DNA from: Candidatus Delongbacteria bacterium
Lineage (GTDB): Bacteria; CAIWAD01
Reading direction: 5' to 3'
NCBI GenBank assembly: GCA_963663545.1
Contig: OY760505.1
Location: forward strand, 2,912,001 to 2,976,000
DNA: 64,000 nt
Below, one piece after another: positions 27,946 to 37,581 of the stretch. The notes below the pieces were generated by a model. That model worked only from the letters and a program-made list of their open reading frames with translations. It was not told the DNA's origin and searched no databases. Every line of letters starts with the position of its first letter. Within the stretch, counting starts at the first letter, position 1. The translations under genes and the position numbers were made by a program.

Positions 27946-29450
27946 GCGCACAAGCCGATCTGCGAGCTGCTGGTGGACTTGCTGCTGCACGACTAGGTGC
28001 GAGGATACTGGGGCTGCTTTCTGGTGTCATTGTATCACGAATCCTGGGACCGGAGCGCTTAGGATTGTTGGCGTTGCCAAACCAGTTGATTCTTATCGCA
28101 CCGCTGTTAACGATGGGATTTGCCGATGCTCTTGTGCGTTTGCTGCCCATGGCAAAGGCCACTCCGTCGGAGTACAAAGCCTTGCGTGAAAGCTCCCTTG
28201 GCGTGGGCCTGCTACTAGGGGGTGTATTAGTGCTGGTGGCGCTGGGACAGTGGTCTTTGAATCAGAGCTTCCCATCGCCCAATTTTACCCTTGCTGTACT
28301 TGCAATTTTCTGTGGTGCGGGGAACTACCTCTTCAAGTTCTTCTACTGCGACCTTTCGGGAACACACAGCTTTCGAACGCTGGCGTGGGCGCAGTTCCTG
28401 CACGGCTTGATTCGCGTGGGACTTGTATTAACACTGCTGGTTCTTCTTCCTGAACCTTGGCGCTTGTATGCGCTCTACGCAGGCATGCTAATCAGTTTCA
28501 CCTTTGTCGATGGCTGGCTTGTGATACGTTGGCTGCGAGAGTTGCGCTTTCGCATTCAAGCACATAGCTGCGACCTGTTGTTTCGCCAGGGCATTGCGAT
28601 CTCAATGGTTGCGCTAACAAACACCATGCTTGCCACAGCAGATCGTCTTGTTGTATCACGGATTTTTGAGCCGCACGCACTGGGCTTGTTTGAACAGTCG
28701 GTGCTTCTGCGAGAGGCGCTGCTTCTGATGCCAAGTGTGCTGATGACGGTTTTTATTCCAGGATATTCGCGCGGCGTGGCCGAGAAGAAGGCGACGGATG
28801 AAATGGCCCGGGTAATGATGCGGCAGAATCTGCTTTTACTGGTGGCCCTCCTGCCTTTGCTCGGACTGGGATTCATCAATCTGCCATGGATTCTACATCT
28901 GCTCCTACCGAACTACATCCAGGGTGCGGAACTGTACCAGTGGACTTGCGTCGCTGCAATTCCACTGATCGTGGCATACTTGCCTTTGTCGCTATTGATC
29001 AGCGTCGGCAAGCCCTGGCGCGTGGCCTTTGGCGGTATGCTGGCCATTGTGATGGCGTTGCTACTGGACTGGCAGATGCTGGGGCCGCTGGATCTGCTGC
29101 CTGCACTGCAGAATCAGATTCTCGCTTGGAGCGTGTATTGCTGCCTGCTGTTTGTCTTTGTGATACAATTGTTACCCCGTATTCGTCAGGGAATTCCCTG
29201 GATCCTGGCCAATGTTGCGAGTGTGGCCTGGTTAGTGCTGGCCTTGTTTTACAGTCGCTGTTGGTCGCAGTTGCTGGCTGGTGAGCAAACTGGCTTCATG
29301 TACTACATCTGGCGCAATCTGCTGCTGTTATTGGGGTATCTGCCTGTTCTGTACCTCTATGCGAAGCTGAGCGGACGCAGCACAACATTTCGGCGAATGC
29401 TGAGACCACATTTCCGGCGGGAGTCGGATCACCATTCCAAGGAGGGTTAG
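27942..29450 (+). CDS. Oligosaccharide flippase (Wzx/MOP-like)
   Basis: About 12-14 hydrophobic segments, SRILGPERLG, ADRLVV; lies between GT2 and YfhO. Confidence 0.75.
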   Translation: MSAQADLRAAGGLAAARLGARILGLLSGVIVSRILGPERLGLLALPNQLILIAPLLTMGFADALVRLLPMAKATPSEYKALRESSLGVGLLLGGVLVLVALGQWSLNQSFPSPNFTLAVLAIFCGAGNYLFKFFYCDLSGTHSFRTLAWAQFLHGLIRVGLVLTLLVLLPEPWRLYALYAGMLISFTFVDGWLVIRWLRELRFRIQAHSCDLLFRQGIAISMVALTNTMLATADRLVVSRIFEPHALGLFEQSVLLREALLLMPSVLMTVFIPGYSRGVAEKKATDEMARVMMRQNLLLLVALLPLLGLGFINLPWILHLLLPNYIQGAELYQWTCVAAIPLIVAYLPLSLLISVGKPWRVAFGGMLAIVMALLLDWQMLGPLDLLPALQNQILAWSVYCCLLFVFVIQLLPRIRQGIPWILANVASVAWLVLALFYSRCWSQLLAGEQTGFMYYIWRNLLLLLGYLPVLYLYAKLSGRSTTFRRMLRPHFRRESDHHSKEG

Positions 29451-31859
29451 GTGAAGGAGAGAGTACGCAACCTCTGGCCGCTGGCTCTGTTTCTAGCAGT
29501 CGCTTTGATTGTTCTGGCGCCGATTTTCTCGGGGAAGTCGCTGGTTCCCGCTGATACCCTTAAATCCATGCCCTTTTCAAAGTTTGGAGCAGAGCAGTTC
29601 TTCCAGCACGGTCGAATCGCCCAGTGGATTCCCTACGTGTTTGGTGGCATGCCGTGTTACGGCAGTGTGATGGTGACGCCAAGCTATTTGGTATCTGTGC
29701 TGTTCACTTGGCTGCTGGGGCTCTTCATTCCTTTCTGCAAGGATCCTTTGGCGCAACACCTTTTTCATCTGGTCTTGATGGGATGGGGCAGCGTGCTCTA
29801 TCTGCGTTTGACAGGCGTCGAGCGCAGGGTCGGCGTTGTCATCGGCGCCAATCTGATTCTGATGACTACGCTAGCCGGTCTCATGGGGGCCGGTCACACC
29901 ATCAAGCTCTGGACCGTCTGCTGGATGCCGCTGGGTCTCTACTGGCTAGAGCGGCTGATTCGGGAGAAGAGCTGGCGCAATCTGGCTCCTGCGGCTTTGG
30001 TGTTGGGCATGATGATGACCGCAAAACATGTGCAGATGACCTGGTACTTCCTGATTCTGGCAGGACTCTACGCACTTGTCCGCGTGATACAAAACTCTAC
30101 CGACAATAAAGAGCGTGCACTTTCTCTGTTGCGCGCCGCACTCTGGGTAGCATTGGGATTTGGCTTGGCGGCCTTTCTCTATTTGCCTGTATTGGAGTAC
30201 AGTGGAATTAGCATGCGTGCCGGTGATCAACTTGCGGTTGCTGGCGGACAGTATGCGGCGGCTTACTCCTATCCACCTGGAGATCTGCTCAGCTGGCTGG
30301 TTCCCGGAGCGCGTGGTTTTGGCGGTTCCAACTATTGGGGCGCGCTCGAGTACACGGCTTTTCCGCTCTACATGGGTGTGCTCTGGCTGCCGCTCTTCGT
30401 CTTGACAGCTATGGATTCGCGTCGTCGTCGCTGGATCTGGGCCGGTCTGCCCGCGATGATCGTGCTTTTTTTCATCGGCATTGGAGAGCACAATCCGCTC
30501 TTCCAGGTTTTCGTTGACTATCTGCCCTTGTTCGGCAAGTTCCGTGCTCATATGTGGGCCATCGCACCCTTACAGTTGATGCTGGTTCTGATTGCCGGTC
30601 AGGGACTGCAGTCGTTGGTTAGCGCATACGCAGAAGGTGCAGCGTCCAAACGCAGGATTCAGCTCCTGCTGGGTACGGGCGTTCTGCTCTTGGCGCTGGC
30701 CGGTATCGCTCTGCAGACGGCGCCCTCTCCTGACCAACCGTTGGCTCCCGGTGATAGCTATGTCGCACCCATGGATCAGCAACGCGCCGTGTATTACATG
30801 CGCCAGCAGGGCATTCAGCCCAACCAGCAGCAACTGAGTCAGCTAATGGGCATTCTGCGCGCACCTCGTGCCGAGATGTATCACAAGGATCTGGCAAGAA
30901 CTCTGGCTTTGCTGGGCGTTATGATGTTGCTTGCCGGGGCGCTGGCCTCAGGCAGAATCAAACCCGCGCATCTGTTGGCGGCTTTGCTTTTGCTGCTGAT
31001 CGTCGACTTGCTGCCAATGGACTTGCGTACCATGAACTGGGAGAAGGCGCGTGATCCCGCTGCCTGGTTCCAGCCTACCGGCGCCATGCGTGAGCTCGCG
31101 AAGATGCCGGACAAGCAGGAGTTTCGCGTCTGGCCAAAAGACGGCTACAGCCACAACGAGGCAGCCTGGTACGGACTGCATTCCATCAGTGGCTATCACG
31201 GAGCTAAACTGGCCGTGATGCAGGAGCTGCTGGCGACAGCCGATCAGCAGTCCGGCGGCTTGCTGCACCCGCATTTGCTGGATCTGCTCAACGTGCGCTA
31301 CGTGCTTAGTCGTTCGCAGTTGCCGGGTTTTGAAATGCTGGGCAGTTACAGTGATGGTGTGCTTCTGGCCAACAAGGATGCACTGCCGCGCCTGAGTTTC
31401 CCCACCCAGATCGAGGTGCTACCCGCCGAGCAACACTTGGCACGTATCACGAGCGGGACTTTCGATCCGCACCAGCAGGTGCTGTTGGAGCAGGATCCGG
31501 GTCTGGGGTCGTCCGGCGGAGAGGCCATTGGTCGTATCGAGAGCTACGAGCCTGAGCGCATTCGCTATCGCATCGTAAACAGCAGTCCGACACTGGCCTT
31601 GCTCTCGGAGATCTGGGTTCCTAAGGGGTGGACGGCTACGTTGGACGGCAAGCGTGTACCCCTTCTTCGCGCCGATCATTGCCTGCGCGCAGTTCCTGTG
31701 GAGGCCACGGGCGAGCACGAGCTTGAACTGGTGTACCGTCCAATGGGGTGGATCTGGGGAATCCGCCTGAGCCTGCTTTCGCTACTGCTTGTCGCCAGCC
31801 TGTATTGGGGGCCGGTCTTGTTGAGCAGACGCAGTACGAGCTTGCACCGGGACAGCTAG
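29451..31859 (+). CDS. YfhO-family (GT-C-like) membrane protein
   Basis: WIPYVFGGMP, YWG...YMG, SISGYHGAKL, LDLLNVRY, LSEIWVPKGW. Confidence 0.82.
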   Translation: MKERVRNLWPLALFLAVALIVLAPIFSGKSLVPADTLKSMPFSKFGAEQFFQHGRIAQWIPYVFGGMPCYGSVMVTPSYLVSVLFTWLLGLFIPFCKDPLAQHLFHLVLMGWGSVLYLRLTGVERRVGVVIGANLILMTTLAGLMGAGHTIKLWTVCWMPLGLYWLERLIREKSWRNLAPAALVLGMMMTAKHVQMTWYFLILAGLYALVRVIQNSTDNKERALSLLRAALWVALGFGLAAFLYLPVLEYSGISMRAGDQLAVAGGQYAAAYSYPPGDLLSWLVPGARGFGGSNYWGALEYTAFPLYMGVLWLPLFVLTAMDSRRRRWIWAGLPAMIVLFFIGIGEHNPLFQVFVDYLPLFGKFRAHMWAIAPLQLMLVLIAGQGLQSLVSAYAEGAASKRRIQLLLGTGVLLLALAGIALQTAPSPDQPLAPGDSYVAPMDQQRAVYYMRQQGIQPNQQQLSQLMGILRAPRAEMYHKDLARTLALLGVMMLLAGALASGRIKPAHLLAALLLLLIVDLLPMDLRTMNWEKARDPAAWFQPTGAMRELAKMPDKQEFRVWPKDGYSHNEAAWYGLHSISGYHGAKLAVMQELLATADQQSGGLLHPHLLDLLNVRYVLSRSQLPGFEMLGSYSDGVLLANKDALPRLSFPTQIEVLPAEQHLARITSGTFDPHQQVLLEQDPGLGSSGGEAIGRIESYEPERIRYRIVNSSPTLALLSEIWVPKGWTATLDGKRVPLLRADHCLRAVPVEATGEHELELVYRPMGWIWGIRLSLLSLLLVASLYWGPVLLSRRSTSLHRDS

Positions 31860-32109
31860 TGGACGGTAAGTGAGAATTACTCACCGCGGCGCCGGATTCT
31901 AGACACTCTCTGCGAAGCGTACGGATGTGATATTCGCTAAGTCTTTGAAATGAAAGCATTCGTGTGTTGTGAATTTTCTGGCACGCACATTGCTCTGTAC
32001 TTACTCGCAAATCGGAAATGCGTCTTTCAATGGAACTCTGATCGTTCAAGGCGATGCGATGGGGGTCGCGAAAGCCAGGTGGTGTCACGGTCCGGAGTTC
32101 GAAGGGGGA

Positions 32110-32220
32110 ATGATGAGAACCTTTAGGAGTGAGCTTAAACAGATTCGTCGGCGCGTCGACTTGTACTTCTCGTCGCCAGTGTTTCTGCTCGTTCTCATCC
32201 TGGCGTTCATGCTTTTTTAG
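32110..32220 (+). CDS. Putative 36-aa small membrane protein
   Basis: RBS GAAGGGGGA; MMRTFRSELKQIRRRVDLYFSSPVFLLVLILAFMLF; own terminator downstream. Confidence 0.55.
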   Translation: MMRTFRSELKQIRRRVDLYFSSPVFLLVLILAFMLF

Positions 32221-32247
32221 CTGACAGCCAGCAGAAAGACCATCCGT

Positions 32248-32279
32248 CGCCCGGCCTTGTGCCGGGCGTTCTTTTTTCT
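32248..32279 (+). terminator. Rho-independent terminator
   Basis: CGCCCGGC-CTTGT-GCCGGGCG followed by TTCTTTTTT. Confidence 0.8.
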
Positions 32280-32533
32280 GGGGCGCCGAAGCAGCTTTCT
32301 CATCCACTTGCGAGCATGCGCTGCAGGGTTATACGGTTCTAGCGGTCAGCGATCTTGTTTTCTGGTGCTCTGTGTCTACGAGCAAAGTGTTCCACCATTC
32401 CTATATTGTTGCCGATGTGTCACACGACAGATTTTTCCTCTGACTCTGTAACCTAATTCCGTGACCCCTGTCGGAGCACTCCTTTAGAGGTGTATAACAC
32501 CACAACACTTGCCAGCAAACGGAAGGAGTCCAT

Positions 32534-35116
32534 ATGCGTAGTCTACTCATGTTAGCCTTGTGCCCACTGGTGGCCATTGCCGCCGATCTGGCACCGATTA
32601 CACGAGATCCCGGTCAGTATTCCTATCTGCCGGGATCTTACGCTTTGGCGCGTGGCGCGGTCGGCGGTTATTACCTGCCAGCGTCACTTGCCTACGATTC
32701 GGAAACCGCGGAAATCGAGTATTACGGCCCGATTGCTTCGGACACGCATTCCCAGTATGCAGATTGGGGCGCGTTTCTCAAGCTGGGGACGCTTGGTTTC
32801 GGCGTGGAACACCAGGAAACGCCTACGGGCGATACCTTTGCCAACCGCTTCCGCATGGGCATGGGCTTTGGCGATGCCAAGCACATGATGGGCTTCAGCT
32901 ACAATTGGTCTGCGGGAAATGCTGACACGCTGAAGCAGCCAGATGTTTTCACCTTCTCAAGTCTGGAGTTTCCCACACGCTGGATCTCCAGTGCCACCAA
33001 CATCTCCTGGGTCTTGGGAGAAGACTATGGCAATCCCAATTTGACCTGGGATGAGTCCATCGCTTTGCGCCCCTGGACGCGCCGCGTGGCACTGACAGCC
33101 GACTTCCACTACGCCCGGCTCGTGGATGCTCCCGATGACCATTACTGGTTTGGTGCAGAAATTGAGCCGCTGGATGGTGTCATTCTGAACGGATCCTACA
33201 ACCTGCGTGATGAAGAGTATGCCGTGGGTGCCACCTTGTACTTGAATCACCTGGGTCTGGGCGGCATCTACTCGGGCTTCGACAGCGACAAGTACGGTAA
33301 CAATGAGGATTTTGAGCCAGCTCCGCGCTATCGAGTGCACTTGAGCTCCAGTGCCCTGAATCATGTTCCCCTTCCTCGCAAGCGAGATCAGGTGGCGAGC
33401 CTGTCGTTGGCCGGCATCGCGGGTACGTATCCATGGCTCAACGTTGGGACCAAATTCACCTTGACGGATTTCTACGAAGACATGAATGCGGTTGAGAGCA
33501 GTCACGCTGTCAATAGCCTGCTGATCAACATGAAGCCCGGCTTTACAGCAAGCCCGGCCATCCTCTACGAAATCCGTAAGCGCATTGAAGAGTACAAGGA
33601 GCGCACTGGCAACGAGGTCTGGTTCTATTGCCACGAAATGGGCCTGGGAAGCCTCTTCCTGGCCTCCGTCGCCGATCATCGCGCCATGCTGCCCATCGGT
33701 AGTGCCGAGTTACCCACGCTGGGACGCGAGAGCATTTATTGGGGCGATGCTTTTGATGCCGCCGGCGTGGACTACGTGCGGTTTAATGCTGGCGCTTACA
33801 AGGGTGCCGGTGAGAACTATGACCTGGCCAGCATGTCGGACGAGGTCCGCCAGAATGTTGGACGCGCCCTGAATGAGATCTACGAATACATGGTGGACGA
33901 GATTCAGGCAGGCTATCGCTTCAACGATCAGCAGATGAAGTTCATGGAGGACCATTACTTCCTGACTTCCGAGCAGATGCTTGAGTTCGGCCTTATCGAT
34001 ACCACTTTCTACGACGACCACGTGAACGACTGGGTGTTGAACCGCAGTGGTGACGAAAAGAGCGGCATCAACCTGGGCTTCATCAAAATCAATACGGGAG
34101 ATGATTCCGACGGCGGTAAAGTGCATTCGACAAGCTACTACCGTCCGGCCTCCGATGTGCGTCGTCACTGGATGGATGATCGCAACATCGCTGTGATCTA
34201 CGCTTCCGGCGTGATCATTGGCGGCGAAAGTATTGGACCCTACGTCATTGGTCACAAGACGCTGGTGAAGCAGCTTGCCGATGCGCGCAAGGACGAATCC
34301 ATCAAGGCGGTCGTGCTGCATGTCGATTCGCCTGGCGGCAGCGGTTATGCGTCGGATCTGGTCTGGCGTGAAATGCAGCTTCTGGCAGAAGAAAAGCCTC
34401 TCATCATCAGTCAGGGCTTCCTGGCGGCTAGCGGTGGCTACTATCTCTCCATGCTTGGCGATCGCATCTACAGTACACCGACCACCATCACCGGCTCTAT
34501 CGGTGTCGCTAGTGGCGCGTTTTTCAACACCGGCGCCTTTGAGCACGCACGTTTGCGTCAGGATGGTGTCTGGGCTGGCAAGAGCGAGTGCCTGGGCGGT
34601 GCAGGAATGGCGCTTCCCATCAGTTTGATCGATGGCGGCGTCGGCATTAAGCTGCCCACGCTGCCCGTGATGGGACGTCGTCTCACCGATGCGCAGGCGG
34701 CTGACATCGAGACTCATATGAGCCACTTCTACCGTACTTTCGTGCAGAAGGTGGCCGATGCCCGTGAGATGAGCTGGGATGAAGTGAATGAGATTGCCCA
34801 GGGCCAGATCTGGTCCGGCGGCACCGCCCGTGGGAATGGACTGGTGGACGAATTGGGTAGTCTTGAGGAGGCCATCGAGCGCGCCCGTATAGAGGCCGAT
34901 TTGCCCGCTTGGGCCAAGGTGCGCGAAGTTTATCCAGAGCTGACTTTTACTCAGCTGCTTTCGTTGCTGGGAGCAGGCATGCAGGGCCGTATGGACGAGG
35001 CCAGGCTGGAGATGGAGCAGGCAGCACGTGCGCAGGCGGAGCAGGAGCGGCTGAACATTCTGGGTTCCGGTGAGCCGGAACTGCTGGAGAATGCCGATTA
35101 TTTACCGCTGAAGTAA
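32534..35116 (+). CDS. sppA: Signal peptide peptidase SppA (S49, tandem domains) with extra N-terminal beta-rich domain
   Basis: GAYKGAGE (Lys), KAVVLHVDSPGGSG, AASGGYY (Ser), TITGSIGV, AQGQIWSG, GLVDELG. Confidence 0.88.
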   Translation: MRSLLMLALCPLVAIAADLAPITRDPGQYSYLPGSYALARGAVGGYYLPASLAYDSETAEIEYYGPIASDTHSQYADWGAFLKLGTLGFGVEHQETPTGDTFANRFRMGMGFGDAKHMMGFSYNWSAGNADTLKQPDVFTFSSLEFPTRWISSATNISWVLGEDYGNPNLTWDESIALRPWTRRVALTADFHYARLVDAPDDHYWFGAEIEPLDGVILNGSYNLRDEEYAVGATLYLNHLGLGGIYSGFDSDKYGNNEDFEPAPRYRVHLSSSALNHVPLPRKRDQVASLSLAGIAGTYPWLNVGTKFTLTDFYEDMNAVESSHAVNSLLINMKPGFTASPAILYEIRKRIEEYKERTGNEVWFYCHEMGLGSLFLASVADHRAMLPIGSAELPTLGRESIYWGDAFDAAGVDYVRFNAGAYKGAGENYDLASMSDEVRQNVGRALNEIYEYMVDEIQAGYRFNDQQMKFMEDHYFLTSEQMLEFGLIDTTFYDDHVNDWVLNRSGDEKSGINLGFIKINTGDDSDGGKVHSTSYYRPASDVRRHWMDDRNIAVIYASGVIIGGESIGPYVIGHKTLVKQLADARKDESIKAVVLHVDSPGGSGYASDLVWREMQLLAEEKPLIISQGFLAASGGYYLSMLGDRIYSTPTTITGSIGVASGAFFNTGAFEHARLRQDGVWAGKSECLGGAGMALPISLIDGGVGIKLPTLPVMGRRLTDAQAADIETHMSHFYRTFVQKVADAREMSWDEVNEIAQGQIWSGGTARGNGLVDELGSLEEAIERARIEADLPAWAKVREVYPELTFTQLLSLLGAGMQGRMDEARLEMEQAARAQAEQERLNILGSGEPELLENADYLPLK

Positions 35117-35134
35117 AGCGACTTTGCTTGACCC

Positions 35135-35173
35135 GAGGCGGGAGCAGATTCGATCTGTTCCCGCTTCTTTTTT
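35135..35173 (+). terminator. Terminator after sppA
   Basis: GAGGCGGGAGCAGAT-TCG-ATCTGTTCCCGCTTC followed by TTTTTT. Confidence 0.85.
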
Positions 35174-35184
35174 CCCATTGCCTA

Positions 35185-35213
35185 TTGACTTACAGATCGC
35201 AGCAATATACTTT
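35185..35213 (+). promoter_or_regulatory. Sigma70-type promoter for the tRNA
   Basis: TTGACT (35185-90), then TACTTT at 17 bp or TATACT at 15 bp, just upstream of the tRNA. Confidence 0.6.
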
Positions 35214-35223
35214 CTGGGTCTTT

Positions 35224-35296
35224 GCCGCGTTCGTCTAGTGGTTTAGGACGTCGGCCTCTCACGCCGGTAACACGGGTTCGAATCCCGTACGCGGTA
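35224..35296 (+). tRNA. tRNA-Glu (anticodon CTC), CCA not encoded
   Basis: Acceptor GCCGCGT/ACGCGGT, D-arm TAGTGGTTTAGGAC, anticodon arm TCGGC-CT CTC AC-GCCGG, T-loop GGTTCGAATCC. Confidence 0.95.
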
Positions 35297-35299
35297 TTC

Positions 35300-35333
35300 A
35301 AAGCCTCTTTTCCCAAAAGGGGCTTTTTGTTTT
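35300..35333 (+). terminator. Terminator after tRNA-Glu
   Basis: AAAGCCTCTTTT-CCC-AAAAGGGGCTTT followed by TTGTTTT. Confidence 0.78.
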
Positions 35334-35371
35334 CGGCGGCTTCACATCCTCCGGGTCTGGACGGAGCACCG

Positions 35372-37468
35372 ATGCAAAGGATTGTCAGGATGACGAAGCG
35401 AGGTCCTCGGGTAGGAATCCTGGAAGTAGCTGGCAAGGCGTTCGCTGGCTTCACGTCGCGTGAGCACTCATTTAATCTGATCATCGCGATCCTCATTGGC
35501 CTCATCGGCGGCTACGGTGCCGTTGGTTTTCGCTGGTGTATTGCGCAGGTTGAAATGCTCAGCTACCACATCACCGAACCCACCATCGCCAAACTGCTGG
35601 CAACTCCCTGGTATTTGCGCCTATTGCTGCCCATGCTGGGTGGTTTAATCGTTGGCCCCATCGTCGCCTTCTTTGCCAAAGAAGCCAAGGGGCATGGCGT
35701 TCCCGAAGTGATGGCTGCCGTTGCCCGACGCGGCGGAGTCATCAGCGGACGCGTGGCCGCGGCCAAAGTGGTTGCAAGCGCAGTGACCATTGGTACAGGC
35801 GGATCGGCCGGTTCCGAAGGCCCCATTGTTCAGATCGGCAGCTCGCTGGCCAGCGTTCTGGGTCGCTTGATGCGTGTCAGCGCACGTCGCCTGAAGACCT
35901 TCGTCGGTTGCGGTGCCGCCGCCGGTATTGCGGCAACCTTCAACGCCCCGGTCGCGGGCATGCTGTTTTCGGTTGAAGTGATCCTGGGCGATTTCGGAGT
36001 ATCACAGCTCAGCCCGATCATTGTTTCAGCCGTTGCTGCCACTGCCATCTCGCGCTACTATCTGGGCAATGTACCCGCTTTCGCCGTGCCGACGTACTCA
36101 CTGGCCGGTCCTTCAGAATTGCTCTATTACGCGCTCCTGGGAGCGGCGGCCGCCTTTGTTGCCGTAGCTTTTGTGAAAGCCCTGGATGGCAGCGAGTCGC
36201 TTTTTGACAAGTGGAAGTTCCCTGATTGGCTGAAGCCGGCCGTTGGCGGACTTGGCCTGGGTATTGTTGGCGCCTGCGGTTTGCCGCACGTTTACGGTGT
36301 GGGCTACGAGTTCATCGAAGAAGCTTTGCTGGGGCACCTTCCGCTGATGCTGCTGGCGGGCTTGATGGTTGCCAAAGTTCTGGCGACTTGCCTGACTCTG
36401 GGTTCTGGCGGTTCCGGTGGTATTCTGGCGCCCTCGCTCTTTCTGGGAGCTATGCTGGGTGGGGTGATCTGGTATCCGGCTCACCTGCTGACGCCAGGTC
36501 TGGTCAGTGGCAATTACGGCCCCTACGCGCTAGTAGGTATGGCCGCTGTACTGGCGGCTGCAACGCGCGCACCCTTGCAGGCGATTCTCATTCTCTTCGA
36601 GTTGACCGGTGGCTACAAGGTGATTCTGCCGCTGATGTTGTCGTCCATTCTGGCGACGATCATTGCCGGTCGTCTGATGAAGGAGAGCATCTACACCGTC
36701 AAGCTGGCGGCCAAGGGGATTCATCTGGATCAAGGCCGGGATGTCAATATTCTGGCTGGTATCCGCGTGCAAGAGGTGATGCACACCGAAGTCGTCACCG
36801 TGCCCTTCAGCATGCGTGTGCAGCATCTGCTTGAGCTGATGAGCGAGCACGGTACTCACGCCACCTTCTGCATGCTCGATGCGGACGGCAAGCTGGCTGG
36901 AACCATTTCCTACCCTGACATTCGTCGCCTGCTCTTCGATGTTGAGCACCTTGCACCGGTGTTGCGCGTTGAGGATATCGCCAATGTCGAAGTGATGCCG
37001 ATGACGCCTGACGACACGCTGGACATGGTCCTGCGTGAGTTTGCCGAGCAAAACATCGACGAGATTCCTGTTGTGGACAGCGAGGATCGCAGCCGCCTGA
37101 TTGGATCTGTGATGCGTTCCGATGTTGTGGCAGCGTATCACAATGCTGTTGCCTGCGAGGATCTGTTGGGCGGCGTTGAGAGCGGAGTGCAGCACGCCAT
37201 GCGTATGGGCCGTGCTGATACTTCACCCGGCTTCTCAATGGCTGAAATCGAAGTTCCCGCGCACTATCACGGGCGTAGTCTGAGCGAGCTGGACCTGCGT
37301 AAAAGCATGGGCATCGAAGTGGTACTGGTGTTGCGTCATAGTACCAAGTCACACGCCGGTCAGCGAATGGAGCAGATCATGCCCGGTCCTGAACTGCGCC
37401 TGCAGGACGGAGACCGCATGGTCATCCACGGCAGCAAAGAAGATGTAGCGCGCCTGCAAAAGGCATAG
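35372..37468 (+). CDS. CLC chloride channel/antiporter with CBS pair and TrkA-C (RCK_C) domain
   Basis: GHGVPEV, GGSAGSEGP (gating Glu), AATFNAP, GGILAPSL; ATG 35372 after GGAG, since the longer ORF would overlap the tRNA. Confidence 0.9.
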   Translation: MQRIVRMTKRGPRVGILEVAGKAFAGFTSREHSFNLIIAILIGLIGGYGAVGFRWCIAQVEMLSYHITEPTIAKLLATPWYLRLLLPMLGGLIVGPIVAFFAKEAKGHGVPEVMAAVARRGGVISGRVAAAKVVASAVTIGTGGSAGSEGPIVQIGSSLASVLGRLMRVSARRLKTFVGCGAAAGIAATFNAPVAGMLFSVEVILGDFGVSQLSPIIVSAVAATAISRYYLGNVPAFAVPTYSLAGPSELLYYALLGAAAAFVAVAFVKALDGSESLFDKWKFPDWLKPAVGGLGLGIVGACGLPHVYGVGYEFIEEALLGHLPLMLLAGLMVAKVLATCLTLGSGGSGGILAPSLFLGAMLGGVIWYPAHLLTPGLVSGNYGPYALVGMAAVLAAATRAPLQAILILFELTGGYKVILPLMLSSILATIIAGRLMKESIYTVKLAAKGIHLDQGRDVNILAGIRVQEVMHTEVVTVPFSMRVQHLLELMSEHGTHATFCMLDADGKLAGTISYPDIRRLLFDVEHLAPVLRVEDIANVEVMPMTPDDTLDMVLREFAEQNIDEIPVVDSEDRSRLIGSVMRSDVVAAYHNAVACEDLLGGVESGVQHAMRMGRADTSPGFSMAEIEVPAHYHGRSLSELDLRKSMGIEVVLVLRHSTKSHAGQRMEQIMPGPELRLQDGDRMVIHGSKEDVARLQKA

Positions 37469-37581
37469 GGCTCCATCAACTGCCTGATCGATTGGCTTCT
37501 GGTATCAGCGCCCATTGAGTAGTATCATCCCTTCCACTTGTATCACCAAGGCATCGGCCTGTTGCCAACAGGAGGTAATCC

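Noticed and set aside
31969..32109. 83-aa version of the small ORF, or a riboswitch in its leader
   Set aside because: The clear RBS precedes ATG 32110/32113, and no riboswitch consensus could be matched by eye.
35224..35340. tRNA as an island integration site
   Set aside because: No integrase nearby and no duplicated tRNA 3' end seen.
35222..35371. N-terminal 50 aa of the 748-aa CLC ORF
   Set aside because: Overlaps tRNA-Glu and its terminator; ATG 35372 has an RBS.
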